A stretch of DNA of 64,000 nt from the human T2T-CHM13v2.0 reference genome, Homo sapiens (GCF_009914755.1 NC_060943.1), one strand, 5' to 3'; positions 1 to 17,865 are shown, counted from the stretch's first letter. Translations and numbers: made by a program. Notes: a model not told the origin generated them from the letters alone.

Positions 1-88
1 GATCCTTTCTTGTTAAAAGCAGAAAGATGTATGTGGGAGCATAGTTCCATTTTTGTACTATTTTTTGAATAGTTTATGGGGAAGTTAA

Positions 89-413
<325 letters not shown>

Positions 414-870
414 TATACATCATTATGTTTTATAAATATAGATACAAAGATGGATGCATCTGAATATAGACATACATAGATAAACATACACACACATATA
501 GGATTATATGACTACATATGTGTAAATATTAATGTATACACATTATGTTGGCCAAAAGACATTTTCAATACCCTAGTATATATTATAGATAAAGATGTAG
601 AATTACTTCTCTACTCTAACACAATAGTATTCCAGAATGAAACATAGACATACAATGTTGTTTGTTTAAATGTAAACAAAGCTTCTCCTGCATGAGAAAG
701 ATTTGGGAAGATCACAGTACACGAACTAATAGTTTATGTTCAGATTAGCATTTTATGGCCCTGCTTTTATTTTCAATCTATGCATGCACTACTCCCATCA
801 ACCATTGTAATTCTGCCTTGAGAAATTCACTGTTGATATTTTGATAATTGACTGATGGGTCTAACTTCTT

Positions 871-1026
871 TGAGCTAACTGGCTGATTGGAATCACCTGG
901 CCTGAGCTAATTGGCTGATTTTATTCACCTGGGCTGAGCTAATTGGCTAATTGGAGAACCTGGGCTGAGCTAATTGAATGATTGAAATCACCGGGGCTGA
1001 CCTAATCAGCTGCATCAATTAACCTG
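871..1026 (+). repeat. ~32-bp tandem repeat (~5 copies), consensus about ctgggctgagctaattggctgattgaaatcac
   Basis: tgagctaa/tgacctaa recurs at 871, 903, 935, 966, 998; isolated copies at ~1388 and ~2535. Confidence 0.85.
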
Positions 1027-2558
1027 TCTTGAGGGAAATGAGTAGTAAAATGACATCTTTTATTTTGAGGCTTCTTTGCAAGACACACTCACAAATGGAA
1101 ATTACATAGACATATTTGCATAACCCTGTGATTTCTATGTGTTAATTCATCTATGTATTTTATATCTGTATCTAAATCTACAAAAAAATCTATCCAAAGA
1201 AAACTTAATTTCCTTTCAGTGTAGCAGGCTAACTTTGAGTCATAGACTCCAATTTTTTTTTCTCTACCTTAAAAAGTTACTTCTTTAGCCAACAAAACAA
1301 AAAAATCCCCAAATTATCATGCTATGTCATATATTCATACAAAAGAGCCCCTGAAGTTTAAAGATAATTATTTCTGGAAGTATATTTCTGGGCTGAGCTG
1401 GTTGGCTGATTGTATTCACGTGTGTTGAGAAGCAAGGGTAGGGTAATGACCTCTGACATACTTTTATTTTTTTTCCAAGACATACTCATAAATGGTCATT
1501 GAATAAACATATTTATATAACCCTGCATGTTATATATATATATATAAAACAGAAGAAAGTGTCTAGAGAAAACTAAAATTCACTGTCAGTACAGCAATGT
1601 ATCTTCAAGTCACAGACCTCAACTATTCATTTCCTACCAAATAAAGTTGCTTCTCCAGCCAACAAAATGCAATACAATAATTTATTTTTTTGTCCCATGT
1701 TCAAAAAAAAGAATTACCTCAATTGGTGGAAGCTTTAAATAAACATTTTCAGCATTCGCACATTTGGGTTAGGGCTTTTCAGCAGAGGCTAATTTAATTT
1801 TGGTTCTGTGTTCACTAGAATAAAAAGGGTTATCCTTGATTTGGCATGAATGACTCTCATGGCCTTAGTGAATTTTTATCTCCCAGAAGTCAGCAACAAG
1901 GACCAATGCTTATTTTGTATAAGTTAAATGCAGATGGATGGACGTTATAGCATGCCTCCATTTGTGTACTACTCTAGATAGAGTTTATTGGTCAGAACGC
2001 TTTATACATCTATGGAATTATTTTTATATATCAGTATCAGTATCAATACCTATCAACCCTTTCACCTTCTGCATCTTTACTTTTTATGAATAAAAATACA
2101 AAAATGAATATATCTGGATATAGATATACACAGGTAGATGTACATCTATGTAAATATTTAGATAGATAAGTACATCTATGTAAATATTTAGGTGTACACT
2201 GGATGTTCACAAAAAGGCATTTTCAATACCTTAGTATATAATCAGGATGCAGATACGGACTTATTACCCTACTGTATGCCACAATACAAACCCAGGATTG
2301 TACATTGCCATACAATGTTGTCTACATAAACACAAACAAAGCTTCACTTTCAAAGGTGAGGTCTTTGAAGTAAGCTGACAGCATAGCAATTTAATGCTTT
2401 ATGACCAGATTAGCATTTCAGGAACCTGCCTACCTTCTCAGTGTAGGAATGTGCTGTCACGTCCACTGTTTTGGGCCTGACTTGATGAATCTGCAGTCGC
2501 TATTTAGATAACTGTTTGATTGAATCCAAGTTTGCTGAACTAATTGGCTGATTCTTTG

Positions 2559-8611
<6,053 letters not shown>

Positions 8612-9632
8612 TGTAGGGACCAGCCCCACAGGGTCAGTGGGTCTCTCCCTGTGTGTGGCGATGAGAGAGTGTAGAAATAAAGACACCAGACAAAGAAACA
8701 AGAGAAAAGGCAGCTGGGCCCGGGGGACCACTACCACCGATGCGCGGAGACCGGTAGTGGCCCCGAATGTCGGGCTGCGCTGTTATTTATTGGATACAAG
8801 GCAGAAGGGGCAGGGTAAAGAATGTGAGTCACCTCCAATGATAGGTAAGGTCACGTGGGTCATGTGTCCACTGGACAGGGGGCCCTTCCCTGCCTGGCAG
8901 CTGAGGCAGAGAGGGAGAGGAGACAAAGAGAAAGACAGCTTACGCCATTATTTCTGCATATCAGGGACTATTAGTACTTTCACTAATTGACTACTGCTAT
9001 CTGGAAGGCAGAGCCAGGTGTACAGGATGGAACATGAAGGCAGACTAGGAGTGTGACCACTGAAGCACAGCATCACAGGGAGATGGTTAGGCCTCCGGAT
9101 AACTGCGGGTGAGCCTGACTGATGTCAGGCCCTCCACAAGAGGTGGAGGAGCAGAGTCTTCTCTAAACTCCCCTGGGGAAAGGGAGACCGCCCCCCCCCC
9201 CCACCCTTTCCCAGTCTGCTAAGTAGCGGGTGTTGTTTCTTGACATCTTTTGCTACCGCTGGATCATGATCCGCTTGGTAACGGGCGTCTTCCCAGACGC
9301 TGGCATCACCGCTAGACCAAGGAGCCCTCTGGTGGCCCTGTCCAGGCATAACAGAAGGCTCGCACACTTGTCTTCTGGTCACACCTCACTATGTCCCCTC
9401 AGCTCCTATCTCTGTATAGCCTGGTTTTTCCTAGGCTATGATTATTGAGTGAGGATTATCATAATATTGGAATAAAAAGTAATTGCTACCAACTAATGAT
9501 TAATGATACTCATATATAATCATATCTAAGATCTATATCTGGTATAACAATTCTTGTTTTATATTTTATTATACTGGAACAGCCCATGTCCTCTGTCTCT
9601 TGCCTCGGTGCCTGGGTGGCTTGCCACCCACA
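8612..9632 (-). mobile_element. 3' LTR (LTR13-like, 1021 bp)
   Basis: Direct repeat of 17887-18905; preceded on the minus strand by the PPT; AATAAA on the minus strand near 8786-8791. Confidence 0.95.
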
Positions 9633-9646
9633 TCTCCCCCCTTTTT
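9633..9646 (-). promoter_or_regulatory. Polypurine tract
   Basis: Minus strand aaaaaggggggaga immediately before the TG of the 3' LTR. Confidence 0.92.
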
Positions 9647-9669
9647 ATTAACTAGAATCGCCATCGCCA

Positions 9670-11688
9670 TCATTGCTTGTCGTTGACTTCAGACTTGGTT
9701 TCGGACTCCTTGGAGGCATCTGCAGACTAAAAGGAGACAACATAAGCATACCAATATTAATAATGCCAGTAACAACAATGATCCTCTGACAGGTTTGAGC
9801 CATTTGAAGGGATTAAAATCAGATAATTATTTAGCTATGCCTTGAAAAATGTCTGAGCCAGGAACAGTGGATAAATGGGCTTGTGAAGCCTCAAAGATTT
9901 GCTCTTTAAGTTGTGAAATATCCAAGGTTATGTTGTCATCCCAGGCTTTTAAATGTCTTGAGACCTTTTCCAGCTATGTTGATCTTGATTATAAGCATAA
10001 GGCGTTATGCAATAATCAGAAGTATTCCAATCACACTGTAATTGCATACGGTGTTCCAAATTCATAACTCTATCTCCCAGCCAGGTTACACTTTGGCAGA
10101 GATCATTAATCTGATTAGCTAATTTTTGATCAATTTGCACCTGAGAATTCCAAAGTCTGGAGGGGTTTTTCTGCCATGCTTCAACATAGTGAGCAGTTTG
10201 AACAGAGTTGTGGATGGCAACTCCAGCAGTTGCTGCTGTTGCAGTAACCGCAATTAGTCCTGCAAGGACTGCAATAAGAGTAAAAATAAATCTCTTTGTT
10301 CTTTTAAGAATGCCTTTAAGAACTTCATTGACTATGTGAATAGAGGGGGAAGACTCCCATGGATGACATAAAGAAACTGGTATCCATACCCCCTCCCTAG
10401 CCCTTATCAAGAGAATACTGGTAGTGGGATTAAAAGTTGCATCAATGCAAGTGAACAGCTTACAGTTATGACATTCTGTAGTTTGTGCATCAGGCATAAT
10501 AATTATATTTCCAACCAACAGCATGTAAGAGGGTTTGACACAGCTCCTAATAGGTATCACCCATTCAGAAATAAGGGTGATGTTGAAATGTGGATGTTTT
10601 GGTTTTAGTACGAAGGAGTTGATAGGTAGTGTTCCATATCCTTATTCCTGACAAAACTGCAGCTAATTTCCATAGTTCAGGATGTTGTGGGGTAACAAAG
10701 GGATGAATCATTTTTGGCCTAGGAGGAGCAATGCCTGTGTCCATCCATTTAAATGGGTAAGGAGACACCATTGTCTCATTGTGTAAGACTGCCATCCATG
10801 CTGTATATAATCTAAGGAATAAATAAACTCCGAACATAAGGTATTTTTTGCTGGAGCAATCTTGCCAATAATGTCCTTTTGGAGCCTAATCAATAACAAT
10901 ACCCGTGGCTAGAGTTTTGAGCACAACAGCCTTGGGAGCATTACAATCATCCCATAAAATTGAAGTCACTATAAAAGGTCCCTTTGTAGGTTTCTTTGGA
11001 CAGTCTGGCAGTCCTTTTGTTTTATTAGTTTTGGTAGTGAGAGGAATTCTCCATGCCTCATGTGGGGTACGTTTGACAGTGAGAAGTTGAAAAGAGTTAG
11101 TACTGAACACATTATGTACTTGATAAGAATCATTTGTAAAGGACGGTACGGTCCACATCCAATTCTGGTAAGAATAAGCTAAACAGCCAGGCGACTTCCC
11201 AATACGTAGTGGTGGATATTTATAGCCAATTGACAGATTAAAGTGCATACCTTCTTCTTCCGGTTGAGCTGGAAACCGATCATCATTAGGGATCGGCATG
11301 AATGCACTATTATTAGTGTAAACTTCTACTGGGGAGTCCATCCAGGAGACAGACCGAATTAGAGGGGGAAAAGGAACATATGCCCAATAAGTATAATTTT
11401 GAGTTGCCCCGACCGGTGGTATACTTACCGCTGCACTGACTACCATAAAGGCAGCCACAATTATATTACCGGTCGTTTGGGGGATTCTTTTTCTGTTAAG
11501 AATTTTTCTGTTTGATGAGATAACATCTTTATTTGACCCCAAGTAGGTGGAGTTGAACGAGAGGTGTTGTAGGTCACACGGCGAGATTTTGTCTCAATGT
11601 GGATGTCACGAAGGGTATGTGTCAGGCGGTGAAAGTTGCTCTTTTGTTTCCGATGGGTCTTTGCCTTTTGTTTCTGGGAGCGTTTCAT
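9670..11688 (-). pseudogene. Putative rec-like spliced accessory gene: exon 1 11688-11429, exon 2 9726-9670; 1-nt deletion at ~11490 in this copy
   Basis: Donor GCG|GTAAGT (intron starts 11428), acceptor ctccttttag|TCTGCA (exon starts 9726); exon 2 reads [18 protein letters not shown] (18 aa); exon 1 is 260 nt (87 codons if 1 nt is restored). Confidence 0.7.
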
Positions 11689-14236
11689 CTTTGGAGTTAT
11701 GGTGCAGTTTTAATTGTCGGGAGGGGACCCACACAGGTTGTAGTCCTTTTCCTGGGGAAACACAAGCAAAACCCCTACCCCAAGTTATGACCGTGCCTAA
11801 TTCCCGTGTGTTAGTTTTTACGTCCTTCCACCATACCCGCATTCCTTTTTGTGGATCAAATTTATTTCCAGTGAAATGTTGTTCTGCGGCTGTGAAAGGT
11901 TGATTTCTTGCTAAGTTTAAGAAATTTAGTGTGAAAAGAGCCAGATTTAATTTGGCATGAGGAGTAACAGCATCTCCCTTTAATTTAGTATCCTGTTTAC
12001 GCAGTTGATCTTTGAGTGTTTTCTTGGCTCGTTCAACCAAGGCCTGTCCTCGAGAGTTATAGGGGATGCCCGTTGTGTGAGCAATTGCCCATGTCTGAGG
12101 AAGCTTTTTAAAGGCAGCACTAGTGTAGCCGGGGCCGTTATCAGTTTTTAGTTTCTCAGGACAGCCCATAACCGAGAAACAGGAAAGCATATGCCGTTTA
12201 CCATGAGCTGTACTTTCTCCCGTTTGACAAGTGGCCCAAATAAAATGAGAAAAGGTATCAATAATTGCATGTATAAAAGAAAGCTTGCCAAAAGGAGGAT
12301 AATGAGTCACATCCATTTGCCAAAGAGCATTCTGTGAAAGTCCTCTAGGGTTAACTCCTGAAGACAGTGGATGTAAAATTAACACTTGACAAGTAGGACA
12401 GTGACGCACAATAATTTTAGCTTGTTTCCATGTAAGGGGGAACTTGTTTCGGAGTCCCGCAGCATTGACATGAGTTAAAGCATGAAAATTTTCTGCATCT
12501 GTAAAAACGGGAGTAACTAGTGTATCAGCTCTGGCATTTGCTGCGGAGAGGGGTCCGGGGAGGGGTGTGTGGGCCCGAATGTGAGTAATGTAGAAAGGAG
12601 AAGACCTTGCTCTGAGCACAGACTGAAACTTTTGAAAAAGAAAGAATAGGTTATCATCAGGCAGAAATTGGATTAAGGCAGTTTCAATGTTGTGAGCAAC
12701 ATGTACTACATACGCTGAGTCCGAGACAATGTTAACTGGTTCAGGAAATTCTTCAAGGACAGCCCTAACAGCAAGCAGCTCAGCTCGTTGTGCTGAAATA
12801 GCCCCTGTGTTAAGAACACGTTCTCTGGGTCCTGTATATGCTGCTCGGCCGTTAGAGGAAGCATCAGTGAAAACAGTGACAGCTTCAGGTAATGGGGTGT
12901 TTCTAGTAACGTTAGGTAAAATCCAAGACGTGAGTTTAAGGAACTGAAATAATTTTACATTAGGACAGTGATTATCAATTATACCCGGGAAACCTGCCAA
13001 ATGCAGTTGCCAAGCGATGCAAGTAGCAAAAGCCTGTTGAACTTGTAATCGGGTAAGGGGAACAATGATTTTTTGGGGCTCTGTTCCCGAAAGACGAAGG
13101 AGATGAGAACGAGCCTGACCAATTAAGGTAGAAATTTGATCTAGATAAATAGTTAGCATACGTAAAGAGCTGTGTGGGAGAAAACACCATTCAATTAAAT
13201 TATGTCCCTGAATAATGAGTCCTGTTGGTGAATGTTCAGTGGGAAAAATTAGTATTTCAAAAGGTAAATGTGGATTCACTCTGGTAACCTGAGACTGTTG
13301 AATGCATTTTTCTATAAGTCGTAATTCAGAATCCGCCTCAGGAGTCAAAGACCTTTTACTGCGTAAATCCGGATTGCCCCGTAATGTTGCAAAAAGATTA
13401 GACACAGCATAAGTAGGAATGCCTAGGGAGGGACGAATCCAATTAATATCTCCAAGTAATTTTTGGAAATCATTTAGAGTTTTTAAAGAGTCTCGTCTGA
13501 GTTGAACTTTTTGAGGCTTAATGACCTTATCCTCTAGCTGCATCCCTAAATAGTGATAAGGAGATGAAGTCTGAATTTTTTCTGGGGCGATAACCAAGCC
13601 AGCTGCTGTGACTGCTTGTTGTAATGCAGAAAAACAAGATATTAATACAGAGCGTGAAGGTGCTGCACAAACAATATCATCTGTGTAATGAATAATATAA
13701 CATTGGGGAAATTTATCTCTAACTGGCTTTAATATGCATCCCACATAATATTGACAAATAGTGGGGCTATTGAGCATACCTTGAGGTAGGACTTTCCAAT
13801 GGTAACGTGCTGCAGGAGCAACGTTGTTAAGGGTTGGAACAGTGAAAGCAAATTTTTCAAAGTCCTGAGGAGCCAGAGGAACGGTAAAAAAGCAATCTTT
13901 AAGGTCAATGATGATAAGTGGCCAATACTCAGGAATCATAGTGGGGGAGGGCAAACCGGGTTGTAATGTCCCCATAGGCTGAAGGACAGCATTTACCACC
14001 CTAAGATCAGTAAGCATTCTCCACTTACCAGATTTCTTTTGGATAACAAAAACAGGTGAATTCCAAGGAGAAAAAGAAGGTTCAATGTGTCCCAATTTTA
14101 ACTGTGCAAGAACCAAAATATGAAGTGCCTCCAGCTTATTTTTTGGGAGTGGCCACTGATCTACCCAGACAGGTTTTTGAGTTTTCCAGGTCAAAGGGAT
14201 GGGTTCTGGAGGCTTGATAGTGACCGCTTCTAAAAA
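11606..14236 (-). CDS. pol: Pol (RT-RNase H-integrase), uninterrupted reading frame entered by -1 frameshift from pro
   Basis: 862+ aa ORF: [22 protein letters not shown] (variant of YxDD), RNase H FTDASS/AEL/DSAY, integrase HALTH..CPTC, WQMD, KTDNG, LVER; frame extends upstream as [18 protein letters not shown]. Confidence 0.93.
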
Positions 14237-15258
14237 GAATAACCAAGTCCTGTAGAGTCTGCTTTAGGAGTAGGTATGATAGGCTCAGTGATGCCTTGTG
14301 CTGATTTTCCTAAACCCAGACCTTGAACAAATCCCATTTTGGTCATCATATCTTTACTCTGCTGGCTGTAATTGCCTTTAGGAAAAGTAATCTGAGCCCC
14401 CCATTGATAAAAAAGATCTCTTCCCCACAGATTGACAGGAATGGGTGTAATGAGGGGGCGAATAGTTCCAATCTGTCCTTCAGGGCCTGTGCAATGTAAA
14501 ATTATGGAGCTTTCATATACCTGTGAAGCCTGACCAACACCCACTAATGCTGTGGAGGCATGCTCCTTTGGCCAGTGTCGGGGCCATTGATGTAAAGCGA
14601 TAATGGAAACATCAGCGCCCGTGTCAATCATTCCCTCAAACTTCTTTCCCTGAATATGCATGGAGCACACAGGACGAGTGTCAGAAATTTTGCTGGCCCA
14701 GTAGGCTGCTTTACCTTGATAATCTGTGCTACCAGAACCTCCCTTTCTTGTACTAGAACTAGATCCCAAAGGAATGTAAGGAAGTATCAGGAGTTGAGCA
14801 ATGTGGTCCCCAGCTGCTGCATTCCAAGGGACTGCAGAGCTAATGACAATACGAATTTCACCTGAATAGTCAGAATCAATTACACCAGTATGTACTTGAA
14901 CACCTTTTAAATTTAAACTTGAACGTCCCACTAGCAAACCGACACTGCTCGGCAAGGGACCAAAAACACCTGTAGGAACAGCAATAGGTGGCTCTCCAGG
15001 CAACAAAGAAATATCTCTGGTACAACAGAGATCTACTGCTGCTGAGCCTGTGGTGGTGGGGGACAAGCATTGTACTGAGATTGGTGTTGGGGCTGAGGCA
15101 TTAGATCCTGTGGCACAAATTGCTGAAGTGGGAATTGGGGTGGAGGTTGAATGGATTGAACTGGGAAGGCTCCCGTTTGGCTGGACGCCAGGGGCTGAGA
15201 GTTGAGGAATGCCCCACTGTTTAGAGGGGCCTGGGGCCGGCCCCTCATCCCGTTTCCC
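14230..15258 (-). CDS. pro: Pro (dUTPase - aspartic protease - G-patch), open frame entered by -1 frameshift from gag
   Basis: dUTPase motifs [33 protein letters not shown]; protease DTGAD and WGRDL; C-terminal G-patch [15 protein letters not shown]. Confidence 0.92.
15226..15258 (-). promoter_or_regulatory. gag-pro -1 ribosomal frameshift signal (G GGA AAC plus pseudoknot)
   Basis: Minus strand GGGAAAC-gggatga-GGGGCCGGCCCCAGGCCCC, the architecture of the SRV-1/MPMV gag-pro signal; -1 frame reads [11 protein letters not shown] as in the pro ORF. Confidence 0.88.
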
Positions 15259-16733
15259 TGATTTTAAAAGGCCGTAAAGGATTGCCATCAATATCAAATC
15301 TGGAATGGCATTGAGATGCCCAGTGAAGACCCTTTCGGCATCGTGAGCATACAGTAGAAGGTGGGGCATCTTGTTGCTGAAAAGTTTTTTGTTGTTGTTG
15401 GTGGTGATGTAAAGGACAGCGACCTGCATGCCGAGGGCAATTTCTTTTTGCATGTCCCTTCTGGCCGCATATGAAGCATTGGCCAGAGGATTGTCCAGGC
15501 ATTTGAATAGAGGCCATAGCTTGTGCCATAATCATTGCTGTATGGAGAGTTCCTCCCACCCCTTCACAGGCTTTAATGTAGGAGGTGAGTATATCACCAC
15601 CCGGTGGAATTTTACCTTTGACGGGGCGAATAGCCGCCTGACAATCTGGATTTGCTTGTTCATAGGCCATAAGTTCTACAGCAAGTCTTTGGCCATGGCT
15701 ATCAGGAATAGCCTTTTCTGCTGCGTCTTGAAGACAAGCAATAAAGTCTGGGTAGGGCTCATGTTGTCCCTGTCTGACAGCTGTGAAAGATGGGCATACT
15801 TTACCATCATCTTGAATTTTGTCCCAAGCATCTAAGTAACATTTTCGCAGTTGTTCGATAACCTCATCATTTAGTATAGTTTGGTGTCGGATTGCAGCCC
15901 ATTGACTCATTCCCAGTAACTGGTCAGCCGTAACGTTAACAGGGGGATTAGAGCCCTGATTAAGACGAATGCGTTCCTGGACAGCATCAACCCACCAAGT
16001 CCTGAATTGTAAATATTGGGATTTAGATAAGACTGATTTTGCCAAAATTTCCCAATCATAGGGTACCAAACGTTTATCCTCTGCTAGGGCTTTTAATGTG
16101 GAATGGACAAAAGGAGAGTTGGTGCCATATTGTTTCACTGATTCCTTAAAATCTTTGAGGAATTTAAAAGAAAAACTTTGCCACGTAGCAGGACGTAGCT
16201 GAACCTGGCCTGGATGGATGGGGTCAGGCTGAATTACCACCTGAACAGCGGGAATGCCCGGTATTGGCTGTGCCCCAGGAGCCGGCAATTGCAGAGCCTA
16301 ATTATTTACCCGAGCAGCCTGATTCTCAGGCTGAGGGGCTTGATTATCAGCCTCTTGATCTTGTTGAGCTGCGGGGTCAGCCGCCTGCTGGGCAGGATCA
16401 ACAACAGGCTGTGGGTGGTTTTGTACTGCTGGGGTGGCAGGTACTGGGGGTTGTAAAATTACAGGAAATTGCCAAGCTTCAGGATCCCCATATTCCCTTG
16501 CCTGAACTATAGCCCTCATAAGCGGAGTGTCATCTTCAGGGATGTATGTAATTTGTTGCTTATGAGCGGCAATGGTAGTATTGGCAACAGCAGTTGCGAC
16601 TGGACCAGGAGCAGAAAAAGAGGTAGAATTTTGAATAGAAGGAGAGTCGAAAAACTGAAAGCCAGGGTGAGAGCAGACTACCTGCTGAGCAGGTCTTTCA
16701 TGGGCCTGAAAACCAGGCTGCCACGGCAAGTGT

Positions 16734-16999
16734 GAACCAGGCTTCAAGGGAGCCTGTGACTCTACCCGAGTCTGATTTGTAGGAAAGGAACCAGGCTTCA
16801 AGGGAGCCTGTGACTCTAAGTGAGTGCGATTTGTAGGAAGTGGACCAGGCTTCAAGGGAGCCTGTGACTGTAACTGAGTCCGATTAGGAGGAAAAGAACC
16901 AGGCTTCAAGGGAGCCTGTGACTCTAACTGAGTCCGATTTGCAGGGAATGAACCAGCCTTCAAGGGAGCCTGTGACTCTAAGTGAGTCAGATTAGGAGA
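16734..16999 (-). repeat. In-frame 54-bp (18 aa) tandem repeat, ~5 copies, inside gag
   Basis: cttcaagggagcctgtgac recurs every 54 bp; peptide TxLESQAPLKPGSFPxNR. Confidence 0.95.
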
Positions 17000-17766
17000 A
17001 ATAGGATTGAGGGCCTCATTACCGGGCCGAGAATTGGAAGCCTCTTTTCCAAGCTGTTCATATAGCAGAGCCTCTGTACCGGGCTGCATAGAAACGTAAT
17101 TTGTAGACTCGTTTACAGGCTGCCTGGTCTCATCTGCTATTTGCACGGCGGCAGTGTTGAAAGAGTGAGGAGAGACAGGAGGGTCTGGCCGCAATGGCTG
17201 TTGATATGTTTCAGCTGAGTTTTGCTGATTGGGGGAGATAAGTACATTTAGGTCAGTTAAAAGATCATCATAAAGCGGCAATGGGGGTGCAGTAGCCTCT
17301 GGCGTAGGTGGTGGTGTCGCAGGCATGTCAGAGTGGAAGTCCTCCTTTGAAATTACGTTCTCAACTTGTGCGGTATCCTCAGGGGAAAGAGAGCTGAGAG
17401 CTTCCTCGACCTCCTCAGAGGAGAGGAAAGAGGGATCAGTCTCCATATTGTCCTCCTGAGTCTGTAAGGAGTCTAAGACAGAGCGAACCGAAGCCCAGAT
17501 TGACCAAATGGTGGGTGGGATAAAATGTCCCCCTTTATGAGCAATTTTGAATTGTTTGCCAATCTCATCCCAATCTTTAAGTTCTAAAGTTCCCTCAGTC
17601 GGAAACCAAGGGCAAAGAAGATCTACAACCTCAAATAGTTCAATTAACTTTTCAGTAGAAACTTTAACACCTCCTTCTTTAAGAAGAGTTTTTATAAAAT
17701 TTAAATAAGCCGAATACTTTGTACTGGCCTGTCCCATGGGGTCCCCGGAAAACTCTGAGTGTTCAA

Positions 17767-17774
17767 GCTTACCA
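17767..17774 (-). promoter_or_regulatory. Putative major splice donor in the 5' leader
   Basis: Minus strand GGTG|GTAAGC about 35 nt upstream of the gag ATG; matching env acceptor gcttgtgtttccccag|G at 11752/11751. Confidence 0.7.
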
Positions 17775-17865
17775 CCAAGTTTATTGACTGCAATCCTCAG
17801 GAATCTCTCGTTGAACTCCTCCGCTGATCCTGCACTCAGGGTGCAACTTCACACAGCGAGGGAGA

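Larger units (their letters stand above)
9569..11688 (-). pseudogene. env: Envelope (betaretroviral env), disrupted by several frameshifts and stops
   Basis: Fragments in several frames: [32 protein letters not shown], furin site RTKR|[39 protein letters not shown]; lesions at ~11490 (frameshift), 10886 (TGG>TAG), ~10850, ~10570, ~9965 and later stops. Confidence 0.93.
15033..17737 (-). pseudogene. gag: Gag, with one in-frame stop (16298-16300) and one frameshift (~15260-15270)
   Basis: MGQ myristoylation start, beta-type MA (CPWFPTEGTL), CA MHR RQGQHEPYPDF, two CCHC knuckles CFICGQKGHAKRNC and CSRCRKGLHWASQC; ORF 15033-15248 (RGRPQAP...TGAFPVQ...[10 protein letters not shown]) is the HML-like Gag C-terminus. 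Confidence 0.93.

Noticed and set aside
10886-10888. TGG>TAG stop in env as evidence of APOBEC3G hypermutation
   Set aside because: Single instance; the many Trp codons in pol and gag are intact
15259-15453. N-terminal 65 aa of the 407-aa pro ORF as an independent start
   Set aside because: Upstream of the slippery site and overlapping gag NC; pro is entered by frameshift
15428-16735. Plus-strand ORFs antisense to gag as an HBZ/ASP-like gene
   Set aside because: Short (80-135 aa), no motifs, expected by chance opposite a coding frame
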